Assembly: GCA_013375475.1 (NCBI GenBank)
Contig: JABXKD010000037.1
Location: forward strand, 6,246 to 34,292
Origin: Promethearchaeota archaeon
GTDB taxonomy: Archaea; Asgardarchaeota; Lokiarchaeia; Sigyniarchaeales; SOKP01
Length of the DNA: 28,047 nucleotides
Direction of reading: 5' to 3'
Under the pieces are notes generated by a model. The model saw only the letters and a list, made by a program, of their open reading frames with translations, was not told where the DNA came from and searched no databases. Of this stretch, positions 27,186 to 28,047 are shown in pieces. Made by a program: the position numbers and the translations under genes. Every line of letters begins with the position of its first letter. Positions within the stretch are counted from its first letter, which is position 1.

Positions 27186-28047
27186 TTACGAACTAATATA
27201 CCTAATCACCTGGCCAATCAAAGCGATTAATTGTATTTTCTCATCTGCTCCCTGACTAATTCTATAATCTACATCTCCCATGAATGCTATAAGACTATTA
27301 AAATCATTTGGTTGAATATTGAGATCATTAGTTCGTTCTAAAATTTGTCTAATAAAATTTCGGGAATCTAAATTCTCAAATGTGTCAAATAAACTTTTCA
27401 CTTCACCTATATCTTTAGCTTTGATTGCAGTCATTAACTTTTCTAATGATTCTTCGTCCAAAAACCCTGAAATCTTTAAAATCTCGTTAGAATCTAATTT
27501 ACCTATCAATTCAAGTGAAACTGACATTTGTAAAGTATTAATAGCTTTTCGTAAATCTCCACCTGAGATAAAATATAGAGTATTATATAATTTATTTTCG
27601 CGAGGTTGAGGAATTTGTAATTTTTCTTTATTTACTATAAACTTTAATCGCTCTATTATCTTTTCCTTAGATAGTTTCGTAAACCTAAATACAGCACATC
27701 TAGAAACAATTGGATCGATTATTTTATTGATATAATTACATAATAGAATAAATTTCACATTACTAGATGTTTTTTCAATGATTCTTCTTAACGCCTGTTG
27801 GACCTGAGTGGGTATATTGTCTGCTTCATCTAAAATAACAAACTTTAATGTAGTGTCACCAAGCATTAAATTTTGGTTAACAAAACTTTTAATAACACTT
27901 CTAACAAAATCCATCCTTACTGTGTCCGAAGCGTTTAACTCTAAAACATTAGCATAATAATTCTGCTTTTTAATCGCGTTTTTTGCAATAATTAAGGCTG
28001 TACTTGTTTTGCCAGTACCAGCAGGGCCCGCAAAAATCATATGAGGC
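27186..28047 (-). CDS. rfcS: Replication factor C small subunit (5' partial)
   Basis: (PH)MIFAGPAGTGKT, ELNASD, ILDEAD, QQALRRIIE, IIDPIVSRC, GDLRKAIN; frame continues to the window edge. Confidence 0.93.
   Translation of the reverse strand, partial: PHMIFAGPAGTGKTSTALIIAKNAIKKQNYYANVLELNASDTVRMDFVRSVIKSFVNQNLMLGDTTLKFVILDEADNIPTQVQQALRRIIEKTSSNVKFILLCNYINKIIDPIVSRCAVFRFTKLSKEKIIERLKFIVNKEKLQIPQPRENKLYNTLYFISGGDLRKAINTLQMSVSLELIGKLDSNEILKISGFLDEESLEKLMTAIKAKDIGEVKSLFDTFENLDSRNFIRQILERTNDLNIQPNDFNSLIAFMGDVDYRISQGADEKIQLIALIGQVIRYISS

Noticed and set aside
2417-27609. Short antisense or alternative-frame ORFs in the track (e.g. 2417..2683, 5433..5687, 5748..6023, 6323..6712, 6940..7200, 16877..17335, 20241..20549, 24894..25121, 27319..27609)
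   Set aside because: They lie within or largely overlap well-supported genes and show no motifs; shadow ORFs.
1-28047. CRISPR arrays, tRNA/rRNA, IS elements, inteins, selenoprotein UGA
   Set aside because: No regularly spaced repeats, GC-rich structured RNA, transposase or integrase ORFs, intein-sized insertions in RFC, or in-frame TGA-split genes were seen by eye; covariance-model scans were not run.

Overview
AT-rich (roughly 30% GC by eye), gene-dense archaeal chromosomal segment. It carries TFB, archaeal RFC subunits and a tungsten-type AOR alongside bacterial-type dnaK/dnaJ/grpE, pepT and trmH; an Asgard (Lokiarchaeia-like) origin is my inference, not something I could test. From left to right: a 5'-truncated RNase J-like metallo-beta-lactamase followed by an unlisted Cys4 microprotein; aor-hypothetical-pyk; a membrane protein; a minus-strand grpE-dnaK-dnaJ(class B)-tfb operon with a perfect TTGTCAA-N7-TTGACAA inverted repeat at its predicted transcription start; a TrmH/RlmB methyltransferase interrupted by one in-frame TAG; a membrane protein; an Fe-S aldo/keto reductase; two convergent zinc-ribbon microproteins; an ABC-2 exporter; a leucine-zipper plus winged-helix protein; a membrane alpha/beta hydrolase; an MFS transporter; pepT; an enoyl-CoA hydratase; an ECF S-component; and a three-gene RFC clamp-loader cluster (canonical small, ATPase-degenerate small, large). 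I found no rRNA, tRNA, CRISPR array or mobile element. The best leads are the chaperone operon ending in a divergent TFB with a candidate operator, the eukaryote-like specialised RFC, the in-frame amber codon, and hints of non-canonical (ATA/ATT) start codons.
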